Positions 48,839 to 62,663 of a DNA stretch of 64,000 nt are shown one piece after another. The notes beneath the pieces were generated by a model. It saw only the letters and a program-made list of their open reading frames with translations. It had not been told where the DNA came from and made no database searches. Both the position numbers and the translations under genes were made by a program. Position 1 is the stretch's first letter. Each line of letters begins with the position of its first letter. Source of the stretch: Octopus sinensis (lineage: Eukaryota); assembly GCF_006345805.1 (NCBI RefSeq), contig NC_042997.1, forward strand, positions 70,990,001 to 71,054,000. Direction: 5' to 3'.

Positions 48839-50925
48839 AATACATACATACATACATACATACATACATACATACATACATACATACATACATACATACA
48901 TACATACATACATACATACATACATACATACCCTGTTGTTGCTGTTAAAATTTCAATGAAGGAGCTTTGGATCTAGGTTAGAAACCAGATCTGTCTCTAT
49001 TGGCAAGAAATCTTGATATAAAACTGAGTAATGACACATACAAAGATTCATACATATACATGTACATGCATTCATTCAAAGATTCATATATATATACATA
49101 CATACATTCAGTCAGTCATTCAAAGATACATACGTACATACATACATACATACATGCACACGCACACTTACATACGCGTCCACACACACATAGTTATACC
49201 GTGATGCGCAACTTCTCTTCGTCTTCAACCATCTCTGCGTTCCCGCCTATCTTTCTTGTCTTTCCCGTTCTTTTCTAATCTTATTCTCTTTCTCTCCCTT
49301 GTTTCTCTATCTCCCTCTTCTCTCATTGCATATTTTCCTGAATGTCTCTTCCATTCCTTTTTAACTCTTTCATAAACTCTCTACTTTTCAAATCCCCGTT
49401 TCCATGCTAATCTTTCTATCTCCCTGTGGCCCACTATTTCTAACACCTCCCATGGTTATTCCTCCGCTTCCCCTTCCAGTCTCAAACACACAACTAAAAA
49501 GCACTAACATGTACCAAATTTCTCCAACGCATTTTCTTTCCCTTTAATCAGTTAGGATTTTCCTTGCCCTCGGGTCATTTCAACATCGCCCAGTTAAATC
49601 TGGTTCGTACCTTTGAGTCTTATTTAGTTGTTTAAATATATTCATTTTTCCTATTTATCTTTAATATATTTATTCATTTATTTCTTTTTACTGGTTTGTT
49701 TTGGCTTTCAGATTCTATTTTATTTTTCGGGTTACATATTTTTATTCCATTTTATTTTTCTTCTTTCATTATCCTTCAGTAAAATAGTTTACTACTGCTG
49801 CCAAAACATTTGCACTCTGGCATCAGCAGAAAGAGAGTCAGTCGCAGGCGACATCTGCAATCCATTGAAAGACTTCCCACTTGTCTGGTTTCATAAACCA
49901 ATTCCAATACTTTTTCTTCCATTTTTTTTTCTATTTTTTCTCAAGATAGCATTTTCAGACAGAACGTAGATTAGCGACCAAAGATAGTTTACATTTTCTC
50001 GTCTGTGCTTATGCATTTCTGAATTTTAGGGGTCAATGAAATACATTGAAGCATATACCTGAGATCATACTTTCAACTTATACTTTTAACTATGTAAATG
50101 TAAGGATTATAAAATATTTACTATAGTCTGACGGCAAATAACATCAGTCAAGAAAACACTAATTATAGTATTATTTTGAACATATAGAACATTTTTTTTA
50201 TTATCGTTGTCGATGTTTGGCGCCAGATCAACCATGATGAAACCATTCTAATAGGAATTTCAACTGTGACCATATTGTCTATTCATTTTTCAAGAATTAT
50301 TTCCATCGTACAGCATAATCAGAAATATTTGGCTACTATTCCTAGCAGTCTGAATGATTTATTTTGGTGTGGGTTAACGTCAACATGTCATGTGACTATT
50401 AAAAATGAGTCTGTCACAAACAAAATAGTTATAATGAATTGTATGTCCTCCGTATATTCAGAATTGCGGACTGTACAACTTCATGGCCTAATTCAAAAGC
50501 AACACTATTTTTTTAAAATTGAGATCAACAACTGTGAATGTTATATTCCATGACCTTTGGCAGTGAATATACATTTGAAACTAACAGCCCTGTAAAAGTA
50601 AGGCTAAATAAAGATCATACAGGTGTGATCCGTGAGATGGGAAAATTAAACAAGACCGATAATTTGTGGAGGTCAAAGGAAAGACATAGAGCAAAGTCGA
50701 ACATTGGAAAGTGAGACGACTGACAGAATCAGAGCATACACTGGGTTTCGGAAGGTTAATCATTAGTGGTGAAATACATATGAGAGCCTTCAAATTAGAA
50801 AAAAAAATGTTTGGTTTAAATTTCCTACCTTCCATAAGCTAATTGTTCTACATGACAATAAGATTGAGAATATAAGTGTTAAGTGTAGATTACTTTGGAG
50901 GTATTGAAATATTTGGGTCAGTCAG

Positions 50926-51000
<75 letters not shown>

Positions 51001-51039
51001 CTCTATCTATCTATCTATCTATACCAGCCTCCCCTCTTC

Positions 51040-51225
51040 ACGCCACCGATGTTATCCAAGGGAAAGGTAAAAGCCGATACAGCTTGGCACCAGTGACGTC
51101 GCAGCTCATTTATTATCGTGCAAGGGGCTGTACACGTGTACCCCTAACGTAGTTCTCGGGGAGATTCATCGTGACAAAGATTGTGACAAGGCTGTTAATA
51201 TGTTTGCATCCCCTTTGAAATACAG

Positions 51226-51228
<3 letters not shown>
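51040..51228 (-). mobile_element. SINE family C-related fragment
   Basis: acgtgtacccctaacgtagttctcggggagattcatcgtgac...gtgacaaggct...tttgaaatacaggt, shared with 53335-53630 and the reverse complement of 42065-42110. Confidence 0.7.
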
Positions 51229-51264
<36 letters not shown>

Positions 51265-53334
51265 CTTTAATTTCGTTTACGGAAACCGTTTGAATATGCA
51301 TATAAAAATACCTATAATATTATGTCAGCTACAACTTAATGATGCCAATTGGCAATACTAATTTTTTTTGGGGGGGTTGTACTGAGCTGGGCTCATATAA
51401 TGTAGGGTAAATATAGTAATAACAAGAATCTTTGGATGAAAATTGTACATATTTTAATGCATCGCTAGGCACGTTTCCATAACATAAATGTTTCTTAAGA
51501 TCATAGTCCGTATCCCAGGACTGATTACAGTGCAGTCCGTAGTATCCATAGACATCGGATAGATCATGTTCATGTATTCATTTCTTTATATATATACATT
51601 GGTTAAAGCGGAACGAGGAAGATGCGTCGCCAGGACGAGTGGTATATGAGTATACCACTGGAATGGGCAATCTACTGCCATGAATTTAACAGAGATTTCG
51701 ATTTCAAATTTTCAGAACATTACTGAAAAAGGCCAGTAGGTTCAGTAGCCGAAACCTTGAAACTGTAATAACCAAGATGAGGACACTGGTTTAGATATAT
51801 GTTTCGAGACAGATTCTTGACCTTACCATCACTGATGAGGTCATCAGTAATTGTGCGGCCAAGAATTCGTGTGAGCCTACAAAATATTGTTGAATCTGGG
51901 TAAGAAGTAAAGAAAACATTAAACTTTAAGTTGCTGATACTGCTAATACCAGAATGGCACATAAAACTCATTTCCTGCTACCACGCATTCACCAATATAG
52001 TACAATCAAATATTTACAGTCTATTCTGATGGTGCTAATTCAACTGTTACATCTCTTCTAAGGCAGCACTCCACGCACACCCAGCACTCCACCCTCACAT
52101 CCAATGTACCCCCTCACTTTGCCCTGTAGCTGAACACCCCAAACCCGCAATAAACATTTTACTACCTTTTTATTTTCATTCACAATCGCGGGAAAACTTA
52201 TTTCATGCATACATGTACAGCAGTAATTGCCAATTATTTCGTTAAATATTGAAAATCAATTGTAAAAAATATAAGCGTATCTCACAGGGGAAACTAAAAA
52301 ACTAGAATTAAGATTTAAACTTAATAATTCAGAAACAATATTAAAAAATTTCACTACCTTATTTTATTAATCAAACCTGTGTTGAACAGAATTATAAGTA
52401 ACATTTATCGAACACTTGGTGCTTTTTCTACACGCGTAGTTTATTTTTCTTGAAATTCACGATATATCTATACGTCTTTTGAGGCATAACGTTTCTGAGT
52501 AAATTTATTTTGTAGAGTATGATAACGTTACGCAGTTTGTATCTCATTTTTTCTTAGGCGAGAGTCATATAATATATGTTTCGTTTGATAAAATACGTTC
52601 ATTTCATGTTACAAAAAGATGCACCTCATCCAGTTATATTTATATTATCAAAAACCGATCTACACATAGGGATGAGTTAGATAAAACATAATATTAATAC
52701 CTCTATGACTATTTATTTAAGAGTTATCTCGCAAAAAGTGAACAGGGATGTCTAACGGTATAGTGAGATACATGCGGTTAATTAAGTAGTTATTTGACAG
52801 AATCGTTGAACATCAGTTAAGATTCTGGTTTACTAAGACTGTACTGCTATTCCAATATCCAAGGAGACAAATTCACTAAGAGGCACGTGTGCTACAAAAT
52901 GACGCTCCCCACTAGTAAAATATAAGTTTTCGCATATATTTCAATTGACACAACTATACATGCAATCAGAACTCAAGGTTTAGCTTAATTCTTTAAAAAA
53001 ATCCATTTACGTGTCTAAAATATATGAACGTTACATTATCTGTTTCCTATAATACCAAATCAATAGAGGATTTTATTTTCGCCAAAAAGTTTTGACTTTT
53101 AATTATTAGTTCACATCTGATGTTACAGCCCCTTCTCTTGATTAAGCTAGACATTAATTAAAAAATATTTATAGAAACAGATTTCGATTACCATTTGAAG
53201 CTACATCACTTATACATATATTTCCATTGAGGAACAATTAATAAATATTGAAACAACCAAGTTCTCCATAGGGATCTCTGAACTTGCCGAAAACAGCAAC
53301 GCAAATTTCCTTAAGGAGTTAAGGCACAACAGTT

Positions 53335-53630
53335 GAAATTGGCACTCCATCGGTTACGACAACTGCTCTAGTTGATCCGGCCAACGGAACAGCCTGCCCA
53401 TGAAATTAACGTGCAAGTGCTTGAGTACTATGCGGGCACGCGTACCTTTAACGTAGCTATCATGGAGATTCAGCGTGAAACAGAATGTAACAAGTCGTGT
53501 CGTTCAAAATACAGGTACTACTCTATTTTGTCAGCAGAGTGGACTGACGTAACCCTAACCCTTGCTCAAGGACTTAACGCACAGCAGAGAATCGAACTTC
53601 CGGCATTATGATCGTGAAGCGAATGCCCTA
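53335..53630 (-). mobile_element. SINE family C, decayed
   Basis: ggcactccatcggttacgac...caacggaacagcctgcccatgaaattaacgtg is the reverse complement of the 42130-42211 tail. CORE-like cttgctcaagga..aac and a decayed tRNA head follow. Confidence 0.85.
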
Positions 53631-54381
53631 TACATACTACACGCATTCACAGCACATCAATTAAAGTAGTTCTGGATATGCATGAAAGAAAGAAAAGGAA
53701 AAGGAAAAAGGAGGATTAACACTGCTGGAATTTTTCTGATGACAGATCGGTCCTAATATCAAACCTGGCGTGATCGACTACGGGCGAACCTAATGTAAGC
53801 TACGACCACCGTCACTACCATCATTTTAAAAGTAGCAACCAAGAACAGCAACACAACCACAACAGCATATAAACTCTATATGTTTAGAGACAAGGAACCA
53901 ACAATCTGTCCCATGCAATTCTATAATATACAGAAAATTTCTCTAATTTTAATAAATCTCCGAACAAGATACAAACAGTAACCGCACTTAGGTTTTCGAG
54001 GGAGGATGACCTCCCTTTGCAAATAACACAAGGGCACTGAAATTGTGTCTAAGGCCAGCTGGAGACGTCGATCTCATGGGGCTAAAAGCGTCAGTAACAC
54101 CCCACCCCCAGTGGCTAGCCACATTCAGATGGCTAGTACACTTTACGTTCTCTATTTTTGTTTACCTAAAAAGCGAAATCGAAACAAAGTCAAGCCATTT
54201 TAAGTTTTTGTTTAAGCACTTCCAGTGAAGTAAATGAGACACATTTTTAATTTACTAAGTGAACAAATTTGCCGAAATGACAGAGCTTCGAAAAATAAAC
54301 GGGACAGTATTTGTAGTGTTTCGCTATTCTATATCCTGCTTCATTAGTTTACATAATTACATAAAATAAGTACAAGAAATA

Positions 54382-55592
54382 TCAGGTTGAGTAAAAAGCA
54401 AGCAAAGTTTTGAATCACGAAGAATTTGTAGCAGATTTTTGCAGAATTTTTAATTGTTTTAAACATTTTCTTTTTTTTTTAAATTGTCTGTTAATACAGA
54501 CATATACTTGCAAAAATGCAGCAATAAATTAACATTGATATTTCTTTCACCGTCGTTACAATCATCTGAAATGGAACTGTTAATGAGTGATATTCCAGCA
54601 ATTTTGCTATTCAACTTCAAAAAATGACGTAAAGCAGCTGAAACTGTTCGCGATATCAACGAAACGTTTGATGAGGAAATGACCACTGAGTGGCCAGCTC
54701 GAAAATGGTTTAAACGATTTTGCAATGAATACCTGAGCCTTGAAGATGACGGTCAATTAAAAACCGTCATTGAGAAAGATCCACGTAAAACCACTCTAGA
54801 ACTAGCAAAAGAACTTCAAGTCAGCCAGAAACCTGCCTACAACCATTTTGCATGCGATCGGAAAATCAAAAAACCTCAAGAAATGGGTACCACACGATTT
54901 GAATCAAAATCAGAAAATGCGCAGATATGAAATTTGCTCGTCGCTTTTTCTCCATAACCGGACCGATCCATTTCTCGACTGTATTGTAACATTGCGATGA
55001 AAAATGGATTCTGTACAATAATAAAAAACGTTCTTCGCAGTGGTTGGACCAAGGTTATGGTGACTGTTTGGTGGTGTACTGCTGGACTCATCCACTATAA
55101 TTTCTTAAGACCCGAAAAATCCATTACTGCAGAAACATATTGCCATGAAATTGCCAAAATGAATGAAAAACTGCTATTCCTCCGTCCCAGACTGGTTAAC
55201 AGAAGAGGGCTAATCGTTCTTCATGACAATACTCGACCACATGTTTCAGTACTAACTCTCCACAAGTTGAGAGAACTTGGCTAAGAAGTTCTTCCCCACT
55301 CAGCTTATTCCCCAAACCTTTCTCCTATTGACTACTACATTTTCAAGCAGCTTGATGGCTTCCTGCGAGAGAAGTTAAAAAATCAAGCCAATGCTGAAAG
55401 TGTGTTCAAAGTGTTCATCAGCTCCAGATTTCCAGATTTTTATGTTACTGGAATAAACAAATTTGTAATACGTTGGCAAAAATGTGTTGATTTTAATGGT
55501 ACTTAGGTTGATGAATAAAATTTCCGCATTGTTGGAATATATTGCGATAAATTTCATGTTTCAAAACTTTGCTTAGCTTTTACTCTTCCTGA
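54382..55592 (+). mobile_element. Mariner (DD34D) transposon, 1211 bp, ~32 bp TIRs, transposase pseudogene
   Basis: TA|TCAGGTTGAGTAAAAAGCAAGCAAAGTTTTGA ... TCAAAACTTTGCTTAGCTTTTACTCTTCCTGA|TA. Relics from ATG 54571: KAAETVRDIN; WVPHDL; DEKWILY; VMVTVWW; LHDNTRPH; YSPNLSPIDY. Confidence 0.95.
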
Positions 55593-55951
55593 TATAATTC
55601 GATACATCCATTTAACTGACTGCCTAAGTTTCCATAAATATTTTATTCAAGGACTAACAAAAATATATACAAGGTATACATTAGTAAGTGGATAATTGTA
55701 GGTCTTAAAGCTCGAAGCAGAACGATTGCATGTCCATCAGCTCTCTGTAAACAATGTTATCTTCAACGTTTTATAAAAATTAGTTCTTTTGTCACCCATT
55801 GAATAGTAGTTGTCTTTATTGTTGTTGTTGGTCAACAATAATCCTGATCTGATTGAACATGTGACATTTTTCTAACATTTTCTAACATTTTTCTAAGTGG
55901 TGGTGGTAGCAGCAGCAGCAGCAGTAGCAGTAGTAGTAGTGGTGGTAGTAT

Positions 55952-55992
<41 letters not shown>

Positions 55993-57114
55993 AGATGATG
56001 ATGAGGAGGAGGTGGAGATATTCAAGTCAAATTTTCATACTAATTAAATTAGATTTTACAGTAGTACTATCGTTTACACCATTTAGTTGCTTTTTAAGTC
56101 CCTATACGCTTTCAAATCTACGTGGATTAAACCATTTGAAGATGAAACTCTTAAGTTACTTAATCCTGCGTACACTAAATCCCAACCGTGATAAAAGAAG
56201 TCGAACTACCAAAATTTCGGCTATTTCTATCCTATTTACACATCCTCTATATTCGCTGCTTATAGGAATAGCTAGTTTGAAATCATTACAGCTCAGTAGA
56301 ATTTCGTTTCCCTGCAAATGTGTTTAGAAAATCTTCATAATCAATATCTTCGTTTGGCATGTTTCATATTTCCCTTAATTAAAACTACTGCTTCAATACA
56401 TCAATTATAGCGTCTGTACTGGGAAGAATTCTTAAAATTTTATGAAGAAACTTCTAGTAAAACAGTAAATTAAATAATAGAAAAAAATATCTCGCTTATA
56501 CGACATTACCCGCTGTTTTATTTCAAATTCTTGCTATATTTATTTCAGGTACAGTTTTATTTCCTGTAAAGGGAGTGTTTCGTTTATTCGTCAAAGATTT
56601 AAAAAAAAGTTTTTACATCTTTTGCATGCATATTAATGACACATTCGTCACACAACCGCCACCCCTGCCGTACCCGTACACTACACGCTATATAAAGGAC
56701 ACCCAAACTCTTGGCACTACCATCGGCTTATTATCGACTGCATACCTAATTAACACTGCTATAGCCTCCCAAGACTTCCTCCACTTTATCACACACTAAG
56801 AAAAATTTTTTTTAAAATTAAAATTACATTTATTTTCGATCGAACAACCTGCTAACAAGTTCATCTCTTCCCCGGGTATTTTATGCGTGCATATAGATAA
56901 TATAGATACATTTCTGCACATGTGAGTGCTTATCTGACTAATGTGTGTGTATATATATATGTGTGTGTGTGTGTGTGTGCATATATGTACATATATATAC
57001 ATTTACACACACACACATACACACTGGTCATTTAAAGACACTCATATGCACAAAGGTATCTATATTATCTATATGTACGCATAAAATACCTGGGAAGACA
57101 TGAACTTGTCATAT

Positions 57115-57248
57115 ATAAATGCATGCATGCATAGTTACATACATACGTGTATGTGTGAGTACGTGTCAAGATGTATGCATATATATATATATGCATATGT
57201 ATATATGTATATGCGTCAGCTTGCATGCGTGCGTATTTGTTTGTTTGT

Positions 57249-57280
<32 letters not shown>
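57115..57280. repeat. 166 bp segment duplicated in inverted orientation at 58745-58910
   Basis: ataaatgcatgcatgcatagttacatacatacgtgtatgtgtgagtacgtgtcaagatg...gcgtcagcttgcatg...gtatttgtttgtttgtgg is the reverse complement of 58745-58910, with one substitution and repeat-length differences. Confidence 0.93.
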
Positions 57281-57282
<2 letters not shown>

Positions 57283-58094
57283 TGTGTGAATTTATGCTTT
57301 CCTTAATTCTTTTTGTAGCTTCCGTTATCGGACTGCAGTCATGGCAAGGTACCACCTTGAAGTATTTTAGTCGATCGTATGAAACCTAGTGCCTATATCG
57401 CACTTCTAAGTTGAATCGCTTAAATTCAGGACATATATGGACACGACATAAACACACACATACACACATTCACATGCAAAAAACGCATAGACACAAATAA
57501 ATAAACACACACATACGCACAAATTAGAGTGTCAGACAAAAATAAGAAAATAAAAACGGAAAATATCGTTGCAGTGTTTGTTCTGGTAGAACATATTCTG
57601 TATTCAGCTGAAGTCAAAGTCAACTATCACTTTCATCTCTTTGGGCTCGCGAAGATAGTACCAGAGAAATACTGGAGTCGATATAATTAACTAAACTAAC
57701 TCCTCCCACCTAATTAATGGCCTTCTGCCAACACAAGAAGTCATTATTATTATTAGCTTTTTATTTTACCAGTTTTTATATATCATTTGAGATTGACAAT
57801 GTTTTTGATCCTGTGGTTTATGTCTCTTTAATTTCATTAGTCATTTATAAGTTTATTTGTAAAACCTCTCCGATATCAATAACATTTCTTTTGGTCTCTA
57901 ATTCCTCCCACTTTCACAAACTTCTAATTTATATTTTCCTCCTACCATACTGATTGATGAGCCGTTGCCGGCAAAACTTAAATAAAGTTAGTCACTCTGT
58001 ATTTCTGTATAATAGCAGTTCTATAGATATATGCGCGCGTGCGCGTTTGAATGTGTATATATGTGTATCTATCTATCTATATCTATATCAATAT

Positions 58095-58154
<60 letters not shown>

Positions 58155-58195
58155 ATATATATATATAATATATATATAATATATATATATATCTA

Positions 58196-58242
<47 letters not shown>

Positions 58243-58289
58243 ATATATATATATAATATATATATATATATTATCTTTTACTCTTTTTC

Positions 58290-58484
58290 TTGTTTCAGTC
58301 ATGAGACTGCGGCCATGCTGGAGTACCGGCTTATAGTCGAATAAATCGACCCCAGGACTTATTCTTTTCAAGCCTAGTACTTATTCTATCGGTCTCTTAG
58401 GCCGAACCGCTAAGTTACGGGGTCGTAAACACACCAACATCGGTTGTCACACGATGGTGGTGGGTTAAACACAGACACACAAAT

Positions 58485-58531
<47 letters not shown>

Positions 58532-58697
58532 TATATATATGACTGCATTATTTCAGTTTCCGTGTACCAAATCCACTCACAATGCTTTGGTCAGCCCGAG
58601 GCTATAGTAGAAGACACTTGCCCAAGTTGTCACACAGTGGGAGTGAACCTGGAACCATGTGGTTGGGAAGCAAGCTTTTTACTACACCACCGCTCCT
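58290..58697 (-). mobile_element. SINE family B, full length
   Basis: ttgtttcagtcatgagactgcggccatgctggag...aatcgaccccagg...ccaaatccactcaca...gaacctggaaccatgtggttgggaagcaagc. Confidence 0.92.
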
Positions 58698-58724
58698 GGG
58701 CCTCTCTCTCTCTCTCCCTCCCTG

Positions 58725-58773
<49 letters not shown>

Positions 58774-59298
58774 CACAAACAAACAAATACGCACACATGC
58801 AAGCTGACGCATATACATATATACATATGCATATATATATATATATGCATACATCTTGACACGTACTCACACATACACGTATGTATGTAACTATGCATGC
58901 ATGCATTTATGTATTATGTATGTATGTATGTATGTATGTATGTATGTATGTATGTATGTATGTATGTATATATATGTAATGACTGTAGTTTTCAACGAAA
59001 ACCACATGTAACTGCACTAGACTAGAATATACATAGATATTTCTGGGCGATAAAGAACATTATCCATTTAATTTTCTATTTCTTTGTATGTATATATACT
59101 TTTGAATATACATAAATAATGTCTCCCGAAACATCATATATGTAATTTCTATCAAATTTTACAGTATTTTCAAATATCAAAAGCTATTGATTGATACTTG
59201 CATGAATTTGGAAACCTTTAACTTAATAAAATTTCTTTTTACAGAATAATCTGCATCTGACTGAATTAATTACTAACATTAACACCTCAAAGTTGAAC

Positions 59299-60373
59299 AT
59301 GTCGAAGGAGCATTTAATGCACGTACTGCTTTGTGAATTCAAAAAGCGAAACAAGCAGCAGAAGCAACTCTGTATATAAGGAAGATTGCTTGAATAAAAG
59401 AAGTTACAGAAGAGCTCGCAATATTCAAAAATGTCCGAAGAGAGAGAGAGAGGGGCCATGAAAAGGACACCCTGTTGAAATTGATGATGAGCTTCTTTTG
59501 TCAGAACTTGAGAAGGATAATGTTGTATCAGTTGAAAAATTGGAAAGCAAGCCATACGATTGTTCCCACTATCTTTAACAGCTTAGAAAGGTGCTCAAAC
59601 TCAGAAAATGCCCCACCCCTCATAATTTGATTAAAGGTGACTGAAAATCATGAATGGATATCTGCTCCTCTCTTTACTTTCTTTAACGCATCTCACGATG
59701 TGTGGGACAAATTAGTGACTGGTGGTGAAAAGTGGAATTTTATGAAAATCTTAAGCGACTCAGGATATGGCATGATTGTGGAGAACAAGCTAAACCACAA
59801 TCCCAAAATGACCTCCATGCCAAAAAAAATGTTCTTTCTGTTTGGTGGGATTGCATTGGACTCCTCCACTTTAAGCTGCTACCAACAATTACAACAATTA
59901 CTGCTCACACTTACTGCCAACAATTAAGCGTTCGGATGCTGCTTTGACAGAAAAAGGCCTGCTTTGGCAAATCGTAAGGAAGTGGTGTTTCATCATGATA
60001 TTGTAGGACCCTCCCCATACTGCAAACATTACATCAGTAAAAATCAAAGAACTTAGCTGGAAAAAACCCTCTCCCTCCTTATTCCCTGACCCCCTTCCTT
60101 CTGATTACCATTTGTTTTGAAGCTTAGTGAATCATCCAGATGGATTAATACTCAAAAGCCTAAAAATAGGTCGAAACTGACCTCTCTTCCTTCTTCTTAC
60201 CAATACGAAAAGAGTTTTTACTGATATAATTTTTTTTAAAAAGTGATAAGTAGATAGAAGAAACTCATCGATAATGATGGAAATTATATACAGCATTAAA
60301 ATTTAATAAAATGTAAAATTAAATCACATTTTTCTTTACCCAAAATTCAGGCATAATTTATCTCCATGCCACA
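59299..60373 (+). mobile_element. Mariner (DD34D) transposon, heavily decayed
   Basis: MSKEHLMHVLLCEFKK; KLVTGGEKW; LHAKKNVLSVWWD; RPALANRKEVVFHHD; PSDYHLF. The right end resembles a mariner TIR ending in TA; the left TIR was not recognised. Confidence 0.85.
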
Positions 60374-60541
60374 TACCCTATTTCGAAAACAATTATCACC
60401 ATCGCTTACATATCAACTAACACAATTACTACTCTCACCAGCACTGCTGCTAACTTTTACTGACACATCCACCACAAATACAATTAGTAGCAGTATTCCC
60501 ATCAAGTTCACCATCACGACTATTATTACTGACATTTCCAA

Positions 60542-60738
60542 AGGTGGTGAGTTGGCAAAATCATTAGCACACCAGCCAAAATGCTTAGTGGCATTTCGTT
60601 TGCCTTTACGTTCTGAGTTCATAATACGCTGAGGTTAACTTTGCCTTTCATCCTTTCAGGGTCGATAAAATAAGTACCAGTTGAACACTGAGGTCGATTT
60701 AATCGAACTTCCTGGTCTTCTGCCAAAACTTGAAACCA
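60542..60738 (+). mobile_element. SINE family A
   Basis: ggtggtgagttggcaaaatcattagcac...atgcttagtggcatttcg...acgttctgagttca...ctttgcctttcatcctttcaggggtcgataaaataagtaccag. Confidence 0.88.
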
Positions 60739-61329
60739 ATTTTACTAACCTTTCTAACATAGTCACAGTAGTCTACCACATCACGTTGCCTCCTTCTCAA
60801 CATCCCCTTCACGCAATCGATATTTCTTGTTACTAAAGCTTGTTTCTTCAGTAGTATATATCAGGACTGGTTGGTTCCTTTCTAATATGTCTCCAGGTAT
60901 AACATTTTGAATCACGCGTTCTCTACTTCCGTAGCTGAGAGGGCAAAAGTCTCAGCTAATTAATTTTCTGAACAGCAACTCCCACTGGGTTGCTCTTACG
61001 GAAAAATATAATTGAGTCATTTCATTAATTATATTTCAGAATTTTGAAATATTCAACTGGAGTTAGTTTTTAATTATAATAAATGCAACAAATAAATTAA
61101 CAAAATGTCATAAGCACGCAAATGAGAATACACACACACAAACACACACACAAGCAAAGAAACAAACAAACCTACACACGTACATATTATATTATATTAT
61201 ATTATATATATACATACACACACATACACGTACATACTCATGTATATACATATATATATATATAAGTATATGTATCATTTAAACTAGTTTTATATTTGAT
61301 TAAATCGTCATTTCTGTTCCATTGTAAGG

Positions 61330-61373
61330 AAGCTGTCCGACGAACGGGAACGTGAAACTCTGAGTAACAGTTT
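61330..61373 (+). ncRNA. Minimal type I hammerhead, family HH-A, with a U4C core variant
   Basis: aagctgt-CCGACGA-acg ggaa cgt-GAAAC-tc t ga-GTA-acagttt. Stem I 7 bp, stem II 3 bp with GNRA loop, palindromic stem III with a 1 nt loop. AATAAA at 61396. Confidence 0.75.
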
Positions 61374-61415
61374 TTGTGATATTTCTGCTGCTTTTAATAA
61401 AGTATATAAATATGA

Positions 61416-61459
<44 letters not shown>

Positions 61460-61462
61460 ATA

Positions 61463-61500
<38 letters not shown>

Positions 61501-61583
61501 GGTCCCGGGTTGATTCGGGGTTAACCACAGTAAATAAGGTACTCAATACATAGCAGAGTAAAATTAATTTATTATATAGAAGG

Positions 61584-61634
61584 AGCTTCTACAGGACTAG
61601 AACTGTTTCATTCAAGAGAAATCTTCAGGAAGCT
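61584..61634 (-). ncRNA. Type I hammerhead, family HH-B (mirror copy)
   Basis: Reverse complement of 62278-62328. Confidence 0.75.
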
Positions 61635-61807
61635 AGTTAACAAGAATTGTATTGGCATTTATACATTTAGGCAGGTTTAAAGGGGTGTTGGTGGGGGACT
61701 TTTTGGGGGTAGGCATAGCGCAAAAAATCATACTTGGGGGAGTGGTCAAGGAGTCAGTGTTAAATTAGATAGGAGAATAAATAAAAAATAAAAAAAAAAA
61801 AAATAAA

Positions 61808-61854
<47 letters not shown>

Positions 61855-61890
61855 AAAATAAAAAAAAAAAAAAAAATAAAAAAATAAAAA

Positions 61891-61950
<60 letters not shown>

Positions 61951-62011
61951 GGGAGAATAGAGTTTTAGGTAAATAAGGAGATTCCTTATTTACCTAAAAC
62001 TCTATTCCCCC

Positions 62012-62053
<42 letters not shown>

Positions 62054-62277
62054 TATATTTTTTTTTTTTATTTTTATTTTTATTTTTTTATATTTTTTTA
62101 TTTTTATTTTTATTTTTATTTTTATTTTTATTTATTCTCCTATCTAATTTAACACTGACTCCTTGACCACTCCCCCATGTATGATTTTTTGCGCTATGCC
62201 TACCCCCAAAAAGTCCCCCACCAACACCCCTTTAAACCTGCCTAAATGTATAAATGCCAATACAATTCTTGTTAACT

Positions 62278-62328
62278 AGCTTCCTGAAGATTTCTCTTGA
62301 ATGAAACAGTTCTAGTCCTGTAGAAGCT
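62278..62328 (+). ncRNA. Type I hammerhead, family HH-B
   Basis: agcttc-CTGAAGA-t ttc tctt gaa t-GAAAC-ag ttctagtc ct-GTA-gaagct. Stem I 6 bp, stem III acag/ctgt. AATAAA at 62339. Confidence 0.78.
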
Positions 62329-62339
62329 CCTTCTATATA

Positions 62340-62462
<123 letters not shown>

Positions 62463-62561
62463 CCGGAGTAAACACATAAATGTGAAACAAGGTGGACAAA
62501 AGAGTACTCAAATACGAGTGGTAGAGTAATATGCTTTATTTTAAGCAGCAGAAAATTCAAC

Positions 62562-62609
62562 AAAATCTGTTACTCTGAGTTTCTCGTTGCCGTTCATCAG
62601 ACAGTTTTT
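62562..62609 (-). ncRNA. Minimal type I hammerhead HH-A (mirror copy)
   Basis: Reverse complement of 62616-62663. Confidence 0.78.
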
Positions 62610-62615
62610 GCTAGC

Positions 62616-62663
62616 AAAAACTGTCTGATGAACGGCAACGAGAAACTCAGAGTAACAGATTTT
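62616..62663 (+). ncRNA. Minimal type I hammerhead HH-A with canonical core
   Basis: aaaaactgt-CTGATGA-acg gcaa cga-GAAAC-tc a ga-GTA-acagatttt. Predicted cleavage after 62654. AATAAA at 62685. Confidence 0.8.

Noticed and set aside
51831-51848. actgatga-gg-tcatcagt hairpin containing CTGATGA
   Set aside because: The core-like sequence is itself paired and no GAAA/stem III follows; likely chance.
51700-52170. Possible CR1/L2 3' relic (FLLPRIH)
   Set aside because: Single weak motif with multiple stops and no second copy for comparison.
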